From the NCBI RefSeq assembly GCF_964355755.1, contig NC_092673.1, positions 11,752,948 through 11,816,947 of the forward strand: DNA of 64,000 bases. The letters are read 5' to 3'. This stretch comes from Antedon mediterranea (Eukaryota > Animalia > Echinodermata). The notes below the pieces were generated by a model, which saw only the letters and a program-made list of their open reading frames with translations, ran no database searches and was not told the DNA's origin. Shown here piece by piece: positions 53,401-63,399 of the stretch. Made by a program: the position numbers and the translations under genes. Within the stretch, counting starts at the first letter, position 1. Each line of letters opens with the position of its first letter.

Positions 53401-56400
53401 TTTTACTAATTTGTGTATGCAGGGTGACATAAATACTCCAGCATGTCTAAAGCCTTACAAATTTTGATCATTGTATAAGAAATTTAACTTTCAATAGACC
53501 AATTATCAAGTACTCACTTGCTACGTTTCATCTATTTTCAGTAGCCTTGGTCAGGCAAATTACTTTGTGATGACCTTCTGTCATTCAACATGGCTCGGTG
53601 TGGTGCTCGAGCCATCACTCGCCTGATGTGACCAAGGCTACTGAAAATATCCGAAACGTAGCAAGTTAGTACTTGATAATTGGTCTATTGAAAGTTAAAT
53701 TTCTTTTCAATATTATTTTGAAACCAGATGAAATTATATTGTAAAGAGATTCACAATTTCTTGCAATTAAAACAATAATGATGAACAAGTCCTAATCTTT
53801 GTTTTTAATTAGGTGATCATTTAGAATAAAATGATCACCTATTGTTATTGTATGAAATCTTTAATATTATTTATTTCTTTCTGTACAGATTTTGTGTGTC
53901 AATTATCTCAAAAAGTTAAATGTCAATAATCACCAAAATTTTTTAACTTACTCTGGAAGCCATTGAATTGTAGATATGAATTCATTCACACATTTGGCGG
54001 ACAAAATGTTGTGACGTCATCAAATGGCCACTTCAATTTAAAAATTAGGATTTTTCATCTTTTTTTGTAGGTTATTAAATTCAATAGAGGGCATCTCTGT
54101 TATTTGAGCCCGATTTTCGCAAAGATTTTAGTATGTGCTTGCTAAATTAATTGACTTTCTCATGACTTGCCACTATTTTTATTTTGATGACGTCTAACGC
54201 GTAAAAACTTGAATAACGTAGGTCGTGTAATTTCACCTTCGCCGTAAAATTTGAATATCTTACAGCTCTTCAGAATTGAAGGTGACCTTGTTGATTATAA
54301 TTGATTATGAAAACTAAGCTTTTCGGATGTTGTGACGTTATGATATGGCCAGTTGAATTTAAAAAGTAGTTTTTTCATCAAATTTATAAAAATTTCAAAG
54401 GGCGCGCATAGCGCTTCTACGTGCCAAATTCTCTTCCAATTCTTATATTTATTTGCTCAATTCATTATCTTTCGAAATTGTCATCTTCAAGTTTATTTTG
54501 ATAATTCCATCATACCAAAAAATTAGAACATGTCCCGTCCCGTAATTCACCTATGCTACACTGTATATAGATATACATTATATACTGTACATATTGTATA
54601 TGGCATATAATAGGCACAACTCAACACTATAAGCGTATAATAGGATAGCATAAATCAACATTTTCTGATCGTATGTTAACGTACGTGCATGTAAAAAACA
54701 AAAAATCAATTTCAGTAAACTGATAAAAATGATCACCTATAATTCGTCAAAGTGACGAATTAAATTCTAGTCTTGATTAATTATTGATTAGTTTGTGTGC
54801 AGTCGTGACAGATAACACCACTATAAAATTAAACACTACATCCAAATGCTGAAGCACATGATCATATTTCACTAATCATGCTCTGCTTGGAGGTTGGCCA
54901 ATAATGTGAATGAAGAGTATTCACCATGTCAAAACACTTTCTCTGTATGGTACAAAAGTCTTCATCTTCTTGTTCATAGATTTGTCACATAGATTTGTTA
55001 TGACCTTTCCTAAGGTCAAGAGGGACTTGTTAATGCTAGCTCCTTCCTACAAAATTGGAACAAAACAAATTTAAATTGTGATATTACGAGTACTGAAATC
55101 GTTTAAAATAGAAAAAGTAAAACACAAGTTTGAATGAGGGTAATTATACTCAACTAACTTGTCAATAAAGGTTTCGGTTCTTTAATACTAATAATAATAT
55201 AAATAATAATATCAATGTAGTTGCATTTAGCTTGTAAATTTAATTGATGTGTTGGCATAAATATTTTAAGTCAAATGGTTAGTACAGTATCTTTTTAGAC
55301 ACCACTTAACATGAAACGAGGGGCAATATATGTTTTAACACTACTAAGGGGAAATGATGTAGACCACAAGTCAGGTAATTCTCAATATACTTAGTATAAA
55401 GTACAAAATTACGTCATTGGCCAAACATCTGACCAATTACTGGTTCTACTGTAGTAAAAAATTAAAAAAATACAATGTTTATTCATAAAATGAATATACT
55501 AGCTTAAGTTGAAGTGTTATTGAATGTTTCAAATACTACCTTAAGTCTGTCTCCTGTTGTAACAGCTGAAGAGCAGCGTTCACTACCAGCAAGATCAATC
55601 AAGTTGATGCGACTCGTAACACGATGAACCAGGTCGTCACCTTCTAGGTTTTCAATCTATAAATTTTAAAAATTTATTTCACCTTTAATTTTATTTTATC
55701 CTGACCCTAAACATCAAACACTGGACTGGATCCCCTGCTGACTAGCCATAGAATTAATTTTAGAGCACCAGAAGCCATTTTAAAAGCATTTACTTATTGT
55801 TGATTAATCTGTCTATCCTTATGGATGAGAAAAACTGTTATTTTAATATCAACAAAAATATGGAAAATGTGAACCAAAAAATGAACATGTTCTTTTTGCT
55901 GACATAATCAACCAAGTCATGCAATAGGTATTGTATTTTTTAGTTTATTTGAATGTCAGCGAGGGTAAAACTTACTTTAGTTTTAGTCATGATTATTGTA
56001 AACACTGAATGTGATCTGCTTGACTTATCATTCATTCCTGTACTTGCTGTTGCCCTCTGTTTATTACCAAGTTCAATCCAACCGCAAATATCAGCAAATG
56101 ATTTAGCAACATATCTACATTGTTTAGAAGATAATACTGTATTGCAAACAACTTTTGTATTGTCACAAGATTGGAAAAAGAATCAAAAACTATTTGCAGT
56201 GCAATTCTATGTTTGCAAAGTTGAAATAGTAAATGAAAATATTAGAAATAGTCTAAGCAACACTATGCTTCCGTTCGTTTCGTTTTGTTTCCGAGGGTGA
56301 GGCTCGATCTCGGTACCTTGAATGCTATAGACACGAGCACAGACCACCGAGCCATACACAACTGACTAAATGTTGAAGAAAGATTCCTCCAAGTATTTAC

Positions 56401-59400
56401 TATGCAGTAACCACTTTGGTGCAGATAGATTATTACATACCTCAATGAATTATAATTTTTTAACTATGATGAAATCTTTAAATATATATCTTGGGAACAA
56501 TTTGCACCTAGTTTTAATTCTCTCCAACCTGCCATTAGATATGGCAAAAATAGGTCAAAGGTCAAAATTGCTAACAATTAAAGACATTTTTTTTCTATTA
56601 GAACTAATATAAACATATACATTGTGAATAATTTAAAGTATAGCATGTGTGCATGAAAATTCTTCATTCTTCAAAATTCATAAAAAATATAGAAAATATT
56701 GCAAGGTTAAACCGCTGCCGGACTACGATAAAGGTTGAAAAAAACATCAGAAAAGCTAAAAATGAGGATAGGTTAGGTCTCAAAATATTACATAAAATAG
56801 CATTCAAATAAAGCTGAAAGATTTCAGCTGGAGTGGTATTTTAGTTGTAGTTTATATTTATTCATTTTCATTTATCATAATGTAAATACTTACATTGACA
56901 ATCCCTCCACATATGGACCAAGTGTAGGATGCTCACGAACACGTAACTTGACACCATGCAATAATAAAATATGTTTAATTTATCAAAGAAACATTTTGCA
57001 ATTCTAATACAGTGTTATTAGTTGTAATATCCCATGATACTATTTTTAAAAAGGATGTATGTTGTACATCCCATCTTGAACATTACAATAAATATAATAT
57101 AAAACATAAAATGTTTCATTTGCATGGGGTCCAGACCCCGTCCCCTAAACTTTAAAGGTGCCCTTTTTCAGAAGTTTTGATCATGTGACATATCTGTGTG
57201 TAGGTTTACACAGAGTAGTATACACAGTGCGAGTCATTGCGTAGTGGTTCTTTCGGATATAATTAGAATTTCCGGAAGCCGATCAGGAGCAGTATGAGGT
57301 GATATCACTAGTAAACTTCTAAAAATAGATCATTTCACATACTACTACAGAGGGTGCATGTCAAACTTTTTGCGTGCTATTTTCGACATTGCTTCTCAAG
57401 ATGCGTGCCTTCTAAGGAGATGGGGAAAAAACGTAAACAAAAAGATTTTGCACAACAAGCAAAACATTGTATAGATACTGTGACTAGTTTTTACATAATG
57501 ATTTAATAATGATTATCAGCTAGATGACTCAGATAATGATCTTTAATATTAATAATGATTAGTAGCTCCGACAGCCTAGGTGATGATCATGACTCATGAT
57601 TATTATCTGGGCTGTCGGAAGTGATGCTCATTATTAATATTATTATATAAAAAAAACTGTGTGGGAGGTTTCACGTGGTTGTAGTAAACGGCCAAGAACT
57701 CATTGTGATTGTAGTAAATGACAAAAAACTCATCGCGATTATGGTAAACGGCAAAGAACCCATTGCGATTGTGGTAAACAGCGAAGAAACCATTGCGATT
57801 GTGGACATTGTGCTGGACAATAAACGTAATTATAAACATATGGGAGAACATTGTTCTTCATTGTAATTGTGAATCTTTATAAGCTTTGACTATGTTGAAT
57901 TAAAACCCATGAATGGGAATTATGCTTTGCGATACCTGTGTGACAGTTTCAAAGTTTAAATACATGAATTTCGACCCTACGCTTAGCCTTGCTACGAGGA
58001 TGTATGCCGTACGTACCACTTATCAGCATTTTTTGCAGACTTAGAAGCTAGTCTATATTGCACGCTATTCAATATTTTTTTTTCAAGCAAACACAATTAA
58101 AGGATCCTCTCAATTATTCTTTAATAGGCATATTGTCACTATGTGATGTGAGGAGGTCAACACAACATGCAATTTATGTTTGTATGTATGTCCAGCTTGT
58201 TTTTGCAATATGTCTCTAGATATAGAATTTTCCCGCAAATTAAAATTGTTACCCTCTTGACGCTCTATTGAATAACAATAACGTGAATCTTTAATAAATC
58301 AAATTAAAAAATAGCAAAAGATACACGGAAAAAAAAACTTTGTTCCACCCATAACAATTCTCCAGCATGGAGGGCAACAATTTTGTTGGGCCTTATTAGC
58401 GTTTATGTTGACCATATTGGAAGTACCTTCATCGGGGACTTCGTCTGACGTTCGCATTGAACGAAAAAAAAAGCTATCTGTTGTTAGTCGTGCGTGTTTA
58501 CCGGCAGGAAAAATAAGCCATGATCGTTTTGCTGTTTGCTAGCGCGCAATGGAGTGTCATTTCCAGCGAACTAGAGGTGCCATTTATCATGAATTCTACG
58601 TGTCAGAGTAACATTTTCAGGCCATCTAGTGGTGTCCTTTAAGAAAAATAGTTCAGTCATTTCCATAAATATTTTTTAAAAAGACTATTGAATAAGGCAA
58701 TTGTGACCAACATGTACCCAAACACATGACACATGATTGGACAGCTGTTTCCCATTGTGCATCACAGAGGGCAGAAACTGTAAATGTAAAATCAGTTTTA
58801 TAGATCTAGTCATGTTAAAAGATGTCATAATGGGCCTTTACAAGATGGTGGCCACAATATTCAAATAGCTTATATCTTCGTAATGGTTTTGGCTGGTTTT
58901 ACAGGTTTCAATGTAGTGTCAAATAATTCACAACATATATATTTATATACTAATACAACATTTTGTTCAAAAATGGCTGCAAATACCATTTCTGCCATTT
59001 GACCTCTGAACTTGTCATTATATGTTCTGAATAATTTAAGATCAAATACATGTCTCTTTGACTAGTTGTTATGAGATATAAGGTCAGGGTCAAAGGTCAA
59101 TAAAAATATTTCATTTTTTTCACTTTTGGACAAAAAAAGTTCATTATAATATATCAAATATATAGGCCTTAAGGCATTTAATTTTTTGTCTCCAAGATTA
59201 TTAGTTACAGAGATAGGACAAGGTTAAAGGTCACAATGCCAGGAATAGTATTTGCAGCCATTTTTGGACAAAATGTTGTATTAGATTGAATATAAATATT
59301 ATATTGTGAATAATTTGACACCAAAATGACCCTGTAACACCAGCCATTACAAAGATACACTATTTGAATATTTCAGCCGCAATCTTGGAAAGGCCCATAA

Positions 59401-62400
59401 AAGACAAATTGGGCAACAACGTTTTTCTGGTTTATTTTGACCCACTAAAGATATTTAGACAAGTTGCCAACTTTCATCACAAATTGCACTCAGAATACCT
59501 CTTTGAACCAGGCTAATGAGTTTATACGTGATAAAACATTCAGCAAAACGGAAATCAATTTGTGACCCATCAAATATTGAGAAAACATGAACTACTTGTA
59601 AAGTGTACTTACAGATTTTCTACCTTTGTCTGAAGCAGTGGCAAGAAGATCATGAATTTTTTCATTATAGATTTCAAAGAAACTGATCTCAATATTATAG
59701 CTTACCTGGAAAAATACAGAAATGTAATTTCAGTGACATTTTTCTATTTTGAACTAAAATTTCAAAATTATATTATACAGATATTGACTGCTTAGAGGTT
59801 AAATATAAGATTTGACATCCCCAAGGGAATAATATTATGTTCGAGGAAATATATAATTCCCAAGAACTTAATATCATTCCCGAGGGGATGTCTAATCTTA
59901 TATTTTACCGATATAAAAGGCGATATCTGTTATATTACATAGCCAACAACAAGTAGAATATCTGCTGGGTCGGGTAGCTTAAGGCTAGGGCCAGGCCTCC
60001 TTTTTGTATTGTATGTAAACAAGCTGCCCAGACACCTTACCTTTCGAAGAATAATATACAGATAATTACTAATTAATGATTCCTTGGCAATAAAATATTC
60101 ACTAGCCTAGGTCGTTTAAATAATAACAGAAGAATTTCCATCAATAAGCCTACATTAATAATAATAATATTATTATCAGGTCGGCCAAATAAATAATAAT
60201 TCGTCTTCTTCGATCGAGCCGAATCACCGGATGTTCAGTGCTTCGCGCGCGTACTGGTTACTACTGTGAGTATTAACCAATCACAAACGGTCTTTCATCA
60301 CATCTAGGGTGGACTAATAACAAATGAGGGCGCTATGTATGCATAGTTTAAATAGTTTAGTTATTCATTTCTTTCAGCAAGTTCTGTGGCGCAGCGCATG
60401 AAGCGTTGTCTTGTGATGGAGTGACAATTTCATCGCGAGTTCAAGACCCAGTAGATGACTTTTGTTTATTTATCGGCAAACGCGAGTGTTGCCACATGAA
60501 AATTACACAGTCAATATCATCGTACTCGAGAATTTATATGATTAATGACAGGGACACGATAATTACGCAAAAATTACTCAGTCAATATCATCGTTCTCGA
60601 GGATATATACGATTTACGATCCTCGCAGCGGTAGTCATGTGATGCAGTTTCAACCAATCACGTTGGCGTATTTACATAGGCTATGTAATATTCTATAATA
60701 TTAAATGTGAAAATATAAAAAGTCAAGGTTATTCCTCCTATGTTGAATCAATTTAAGAAACAGGGCGTGAAACAGCACGGTTAGTGTGATGGATATTCTG
60801 TGTTTGCTAGAGCGTAAACTCATAAACAGACTACATAGCCATTTATTAGTTACACACTCTTGTGCAAAGACGACGACTACCGGGGAGAGAGACAACCTAG
60901 GGGGATTACCTAGATACTAATGGTAGTAGTTAGGCTACTTACCAGATATGGGTGTATTAATTTGGGTAAGATCTGATTTGATAGAGTTCAAAATGAGAAC
61001 AAACCAACTGTCCATTAATTAAATGAACAGTTTAACACTTTGACTGCCAGAGGTTTTTCCAGTTAGAAACTGCCACCGCCAGCGTTTTTAGCCCAATTCG
61101 ATGTTTTTATTAAAGCTGATTGAAACTATGTATGTGATCTGATTTATGTAATTTAGACTAAAATAATCATAAAGATTTTAGCTTTACAATGGTACCAAGA
61201 ACGATTTTCAAATCGCAATATGTAAATCGTAATAGTAAAATAAAAGGAACCCACTTTTTTAGTTTTTCATAGTTTCGCGCAAGAAAGTCGAGATAAATCA
61301 CAATTTTGTGCAAGACATCAAAATATGAAAATACCGCCCGGTGAGATCAACAAACAACGCAAAAGTTACTTACACGGCACCGATAGGTCTATAAAAACAA
61401 GTTATCACTATCGAAAAATGTACTACATTTTATAAATCATAAATATATCAATGTTTCGCCAAAATCCACATAGTAAAGACACGAGGGCTAGTTAACCAGG
61501 CCTAAAGTTGGTCCAGAACCGTTTTACGACTAGGCCTAGGCTAGCCTAGTACTACTAGCCTAGCTAGTAAACTGATGATAATATCCATACCATTTCTAAA
61601 CAAGTTTGTTGCGTGAAACTCGGTCACTTACACTGAAACACCAAAACAATTAGGATATGCCGTACATACAATAATAAAATTAAAGACTTCATATTGAAAA
61701 TGACTCCATTATTTTTTATTCAGATAACAAACAAACATGACAATCCACAAAAACCTTTGTAATGGTTCGGCGGCATAGCTAGCGCGACCGATACACAATG
61801 CGCCAAGCCATCGATCTACGCGCTACTGTGATGCGCAATGGTGTATGTTATTTCGACAGGTATCATTTTGACAGTCGTTCGTAATCAGATTAGTTACTTT
61901 CAAATAGTAAAATATTCACGGTCCAGACCGAATATAGTGTCCATATTTATAGTATATACCAATAATTAACCTATCTACCCGGATTTCGTAAAAAAACGCG
62001 AAATACAAAGATCTTCGTGTTTGGCAGTCAAGCGTTGTGTTTCCAAACACGAAGATCTTCGTGTTTGGCAGTCAAAGTGTTTAGCATGTAGGCTGTTCTA
62101 GAGGAACACCATCATTTGGTATTATTTTTAAAAATAATAAATTAATAATTAATTTATTTATGATGATATTTGCATAAACAAGTTATACATAATGACTAGA
62201 TGTTTCTTGACTTTTATATTTTAAATAGATTGTATAATTAAGTTACAATGAAACAATACATAAAACTAATTATTTTTTTATAGAAGCTTGTAGAAGTTTA
62301 AAATGTACATTACATGTTCTTCTTCTGGATTCTCTATTCTAGCATACAGATCTTCGGTAAATTGTGGAACAATTCCCCTTTCTTTTCCATATCCCATAAT

Positions 62401-62401
62401 A
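23131..62401 (-). CDS. KIF14: Kinesin-3 family motor KIF14 (motor domain from after the P-loop, FHA domain, coiled coils, C-terminal region); 25 exons in window, 5' exons beyond window
   Basis: Manually spliced GT-AG exons: 62314-62401, 59613-59705, 56894-56946, 55976-56114, 55540-55656, 54925-55046, 51737-51909, 51127-51335, 50781-50965, 49991-50093, 49324-49469, 48625-48664, 47811-47885, 47375-47431, 46817-47012, 46169-46257, 45746-45892, 37552-37640, 37205-37287, 35629-35835, 31618-31811, 27696-27854, 26906-27037, 23684-23912, 23131-23420. They total 3415 nt with consistent phases. KIF14-type motifs: [75 protein letters not shown]. Confidence 0.92.
23684..23912 (-). CDS. KIF14: KIF14 exon
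   Basis: AG/GT bounded; [20 protein letters not shown]... Confidence 0.7.
24080..25365 (+). mobile_element. L2/CR1-group LINE 5' part with APE endonuclease domain (degenerate, RT missing), antisense in a KIF14 intron
   Basis: Motifs [37 protein letters not shown] and PLGRSEHN across frameshifted ORFs 24077-25459. Confidence 0.85.
25366..26590 (+). mobile_element. Helentron-like non-autonomous element (HINE) remnant
   Basis: 3' end ggcggaggtatgcactctcgaagtcccgttCTAGTT. The body resembles 3360-3560 (ataactttgtcat...cgattttatg). Confidence 0.45.
25965..26355 (-). mobile_element. Partial copy of the Crypton-like element at 59769-60691 (inverted)
   Basis: Near-identical reverse complement of about 60300-60690; this explains the shared spurious ORFs 26021-26206 and 60406-60642. 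Confidence 0.8.
26906..27037 (-). CDS. KIF14: KIF14 exon
   Basis: AG/GTAAG bounded, 132 bp; [28 protein letters not shown]... Confidence 0.75.
27190..27409 (-). mobile_element. Internally deleted copy of the Deu/Nin-type tRNA-SINE
   Basis: Shares tacaccggggtaacccctactc.tct.aaaga.gtactaggttctttaaagtgcaca with 29050-29110. Confidence 0.75.
27696..27854 (-). CDS. KIF14: KIF14 exon
   Basis: [35 protein letters not shown] resembles the KIF14 GCxxDIxSMIxE...GQLA segment. Confidence 0.8.
28773..28812 (+). ncRNA. Degenerate minimal hammerhead ribozyme (Penelope-type)
   Basis: ctc-CTGAGGA-cgagcaa-agtata-ttgatc-AAAAC-GTC-gag; two substitutions away from an intact CTGANGA...GAAAC-GTC core. Confidence 0.5.
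28935..29266 (-). mobile_element. Full-length tRNA-derived SINE with a Deu/Nin-like central domain
   Basis: On the minus strand: A box TGGCCGAGCGG, B box GGTTCGAGGCT, central ggataaggactataaaccgtaggtcc...ttaaagaacc...gagtagggggttacccggtgt, and an A-rich (AAAC)n tail. Confidence 0.8.
29431..30061. repeat. 23-bp minisatellite (GACCTATGGCAATGTGTACATAT), 3 + 22 copies
   Basis: 22 identical units at 29543-30048, preceded by 3 units at 29446-29514; no spacers. Confidence 0.97.
30242..30790. mobile_element. Kolobok-like MITE
   Basis: TIR agatgtattgtccct / agggacaatacatct with TTAA on both sides. The same termini occur at 49776-49969 and ending at 46800. Confidence 0.75.
31618..31811 (-). CDS. KIF14: KIF14 exon
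   Basis: AG/GT bounded, 194 bp, ends KMLQ in frame with the GCEG exon. Confidence 0.75.
33120..33440 (+). pseudogene. DIRS-type tyrosine recombinase remnant
   Basis: [54 protein letters not shown] is a degenerate (H)STR...GW...F.RFY catalytic region of DIRS YRs. Confidence 0.75.
34480..35018. mobile_element. Harbinger/Tourist-like MITE
   Basis: TIR tacccctttcacaccaaaa / ttttggtgtgaaaggggta, flanks TAA/TAG, internal ctccggag repeats. Confidence 0.75.
35629..35835 (-). CDS. KIF14: KIF14 exon
   Basis: AG/GTAAGT bounded, 207 bp; ...[15 protein letters not shown]... Confidence 0.75.
37205..37287 (-). CDS. KIF14: KIF14 exon
   Basis: AG/GT bounded; Ser-rich, 83 bp, supplies the required phase. 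Confidence 0.65.
37552..37640 (-). CDS. KIF14: KIF14 exon
   Basis: [19 protein letters not shown] matches the KIF14 FxDPxDxW motif. Confidence 0.85.
38828..43147 (+). pseudogene. Sola3 transposase pseudogene (spliced; stops, frameshifts, solo-LTR insertion)
   Basis: Motifs [74 protein letters not shown] and FLTAQQI. GT-AG intron at 39264-39350; stops at 39720 and 39822. Confidence 0.85.
41418..42097 (+). mobile_element. Solo LTR (BEL/Pao- or Gypsy-like)
   Basis: TGTTA...TAACA ends, 5-bp TSD GTGAG (41413-41417, 42098-42102), internal TATAAA and AATAAA. Removing it restores the transposase reading [13 protein letters not shown]. Confidence 0.85.
43328..43731. mobile_element. MITE with AGG(G)A termini nested in Sola3
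   Basis: aggaaatttcgcacgagcac..gttaacg / cgttaacgtgctcgtgcgaaaactccct; termini related to the MITE at 44836-45320. Confidence 0.7.
43762..43925. mobile_element. Small Harbinger-like MITE nested in Sola3
   Basis: aagcctgttttccattaggcgaa.ttattcgc / gcgaataaattcaccttgtggaaaaca..ggctt. Confidence 0.6.
44836..45320. mobile_element. MITE with AGGGAG termini
   Basis: agggagatttcgcaaccttacgaa..ggatacgtc / gacgtatccgttttcgtaagattgcgaaaactccct. Confidence 0.7.
45484..45602 (-). rRNA. Divergent 5S rRNA copy (variant or pseudogene) in a KIF14 intron
   Basis: The minus strand reads ttatacggccatacagcattgaaacaccggttctcgtcagatctccgaagttaagcaatgtagggccaggttgtattctggataggagattgtctggaatcacggcgtctgctgtatac (119 nt). 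It has the 5S core, box A (AGTTAAGC), a box C-like TGGATAGGAG and paired termini. Confidence 0.8.
45746..45892 (-). CDS. KIF14: KIF14 exon
   Basis: [33 protein letters not shown] (kinesin-3 KIF1B-type segment). Confidence 0.88.
46169..46257 (-). CDS. KIF14: KIF14 exon
   Basis: [20 protein letters not shown]. Confidence 0.85.
46817..47012 (-). CDS. KIF14: KIF14 exon (coiled coil)
   Basis: AG/GT bounded; [13 protein letters not shown]...[16 protein letters not shown]. Confidence 0.8.
47375..47431 (-). CDS. KIF14: KIF14 exon
   Basis: AG/GTAAGT bounded; [19 protein letters not shown]. Confidence 0.7.
47811..47885 (-). CDS. KIF14: KIF14 exon
   Basis: [25 protein letters not shown]. Confidence 0.8.
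48625..48664 (-). CDS. KIF14: KIF14 micro-exon
   Basis: CAG/GT bounded, 40 bp; [13 protein letters not shown]; restores phase. Confidence 0.65.
49324..49469 (-). CDS. KIF14: KIF14 exon (end of FHA)
   Basis: [16 protein letters not shown]...DFEFARNEL. Confidence 0.92.
49991..50093 (-). CDS. KIF14: KIF14 exon (FHA)
   Basis: [18 protein letters not shown]. Confidence 0.88.
50781..50965 (-). CDS. KIF14: KIF14 exon (start of FHA)
   Basis: [29 protein letters not shown]...DIQLQG. Confidence 0.93.
51127..51335 (-). CDS. KIF14: KIF14 exon (neck coil / CC1)
   Basis: [10 protein letters not shown]...[10 protein letters not shown]. Confidence 0.9.
51737..51909 (-). CDS. KIF14: KIF14 exon (motor end, neck linker)
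   Basis: [19 protein letters not shown]...[10 protein letters not shown]...[11 protein letters not shown]. Confidence 0.95.
53477..53705. repeat. Long palindrome (~75-bp arms) with Penelope pLTR / hammerhead-like cores
   Basis: aagaaatttaactttcaatagaccaattatcaagtact.acttgctacgtttc...ttttcagtagccttggtca is mirrored by tgaccaaggctactgaaaata.ccgaaacgtagcaagt.agtacttgataattggtctattgaaagttaaatttctt. Confidence 0.75.
53805..54771 (+). mobile_element. Helentron-associated non-autonomous element (HINE/DINE-like)
   Basis: 5' subTIR aggtgatcattt with an adjacent inverted copy, 3' subTIR aaatgatcacct, stem-loop aattcgtca-aag-tgacgaatt, ends CTAGT. Confidence 0.7.
54925..55046 (-). CDS. KIF14: KIF14 exon (motor)
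   Basis: [16 protein letters not shown]...[11 protein letters not shown]. Confidence 0.95.
55540..55656 (-). CDS. KIF14: KIF14 exon (switch II)
   Basis: [20 protein letters not shown]...GDRLK. Confidence 0.95.
55976..56114 (-). CDS. KIF14: KIF14 exon (switch I)
   Basis: [28 protein letters not shown]. Confidence 0.95.
56265..56358 (-). mobile_element. tRNA-derived SINE head fragment
   Basis: Minus strand has A-box-like TGGCTCGGTGG and B-box-like GAGATCGAGCC. Confidence 0.4.
56894..56946 (-). CDS. KIF14: KIF14 exon (motor)
   Basis: [17 protein letters not shown]. Confidence 0.93.
57672..57805. repeat. 30-bp degenerate tandem repeat (~4 copies)
   Basis: gcgattgtggtaaacggcaaagaacccatt-type units; they explain the repetitive ORFs on both strands. 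Confidence 0.8.
58830..59516. mobile_element. Palindromic non-autonomous DNA element (Academ-like CTA end); partial second copy at 63095-63220
   Basis: Internal long inverted repeat (58830-58990 vs 59248-59400), right end ...ccaggCTA; tgggcctttacaagatggtggcc..ttcaaatagc is shared with 63153-63218. Confidence 0.55.
59613..59705 (-). CDS. KIF14: KIF14 exon (motor)
   Basis: [21 protein letters not shown]. Confidence 0.95.
59769..60691 (+). mobile_element. Crypton-like non-autonomous element
   Basis: Terminal hairpin region (tataagatttgacatcccc...ggggatgtctaatcttata), then a segment bounded by 13-bp inverted repeats atattacatagcc (59932-59944) / ggctatgtaatat (60679-60691). Second copy at 25965-26355. 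Confidence 0.5.
61036..62079. mobile_element. Non-autonomous piggyBac-like element
   Basis: TIR cactttgactgcca / tggcagtcaaagtg, TTAA/TTTA flanks, duplicated subterminal aagatcttcgtgtttggcagtcaa. Confidence 0.8.
62314..62401 (-). CDS. KIF14: KIF14 exon (motor, just after the P-loop)
   Basis: [22 protein letters not shown]. Confidence 0.9.
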
Positions 62402-63399
62402 CTAAAAAAGATGTACAAACTTAAAAATAACATTCACTAAAAATAATATAAGGTGGTGTTAAAAATTATTCTTTACTTTATTTGATTTGTAGAGATATAT
62501 GTACGTACTTGTTTGGTAGGTACTATTCAAGCAAAAATATCTTTATCTAATCTGTATTACCACAAAACAAAGTCAATCTTTAAAATATCTGGCCTACACT
62601 TTTTTTTTTAGTATTAACCAATTGCTTTTATTGTGTTATAGTCCAACCAATATAAAAATTTCCTCCGAACCTTTATTTTAAAATTAATAATAAATTAGGC
62701 TTAATTTTACTACTGTACATAAAATTAAAATGTGGTGTTTTCATGGTTGATAATCTAGTTAAAATCTTGCTTGATTTAAACAAATTTATTACTTTATTTA
62801 AAAAATAATTTTTGGTTCATTATGACCTTTGACCTACTGTGTCCTTCTTTGTGTGTATTAAAAAAAAGACCACTATGAGACTTATTTAAGGAAATGGGAA
62901 ATAGCTAAACATCAATCCATTGATCTGTTATTTATGATGCTCCTGATATTGTTTGTAGATAAGTTAGAAATTTTAAATACTGTAATGGATATGTTAAATA
63001 TTTTCCCACTAAGCATTTGAAGATACAGTAGGTAGTTGTGACAGACCATGGATAACTCCATATATTAAATTACACAAACCAATAGTGGTGTTGGTAGTCT
63101 ATGAGTGAGTAAAACGTTGTTGCCCAATCTGTAACCCTGTGGGGGACTTTTATGGGCCTTTACAAGATGGTGGCCAAAATATTCAAATAGCTTATATCTT
63201 CGTAATGGTTTTGGCTGGTGGGCCCCGTGCCACAAAAAAGTGGGATAATTTTTGCCGCTTGCGTATCATGAAAAGATAATCACATCGATTCTTGGCCATA
63301 AGGAATATACAAAAATCAACAAATAGCTGTTTAGCTAGATGAAATTAATTGACGGATAAAATAATGCTAAGGAAGAATAAATAAAGATTCTGACAAAAT

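Noticed and set aside
57603-57866. Repeat-protein ORFs on both strands
   Set aside because: Produced by a 30-bp tandem repeat; no splice context or recognisable domain.
57156-58638. Kolobok-like element bounded by TTAA-AGG...CCT-TTAA
   Set aside because: Terminal complementarity is only a few bases, so the boundaries cannot be supported without other copies.
60406-60642. Conserved small protein shared with 26021-26206
   Set aside because: The identity reflects two copies of one repeat element; the ORF starts differ and no domain is recognisable.
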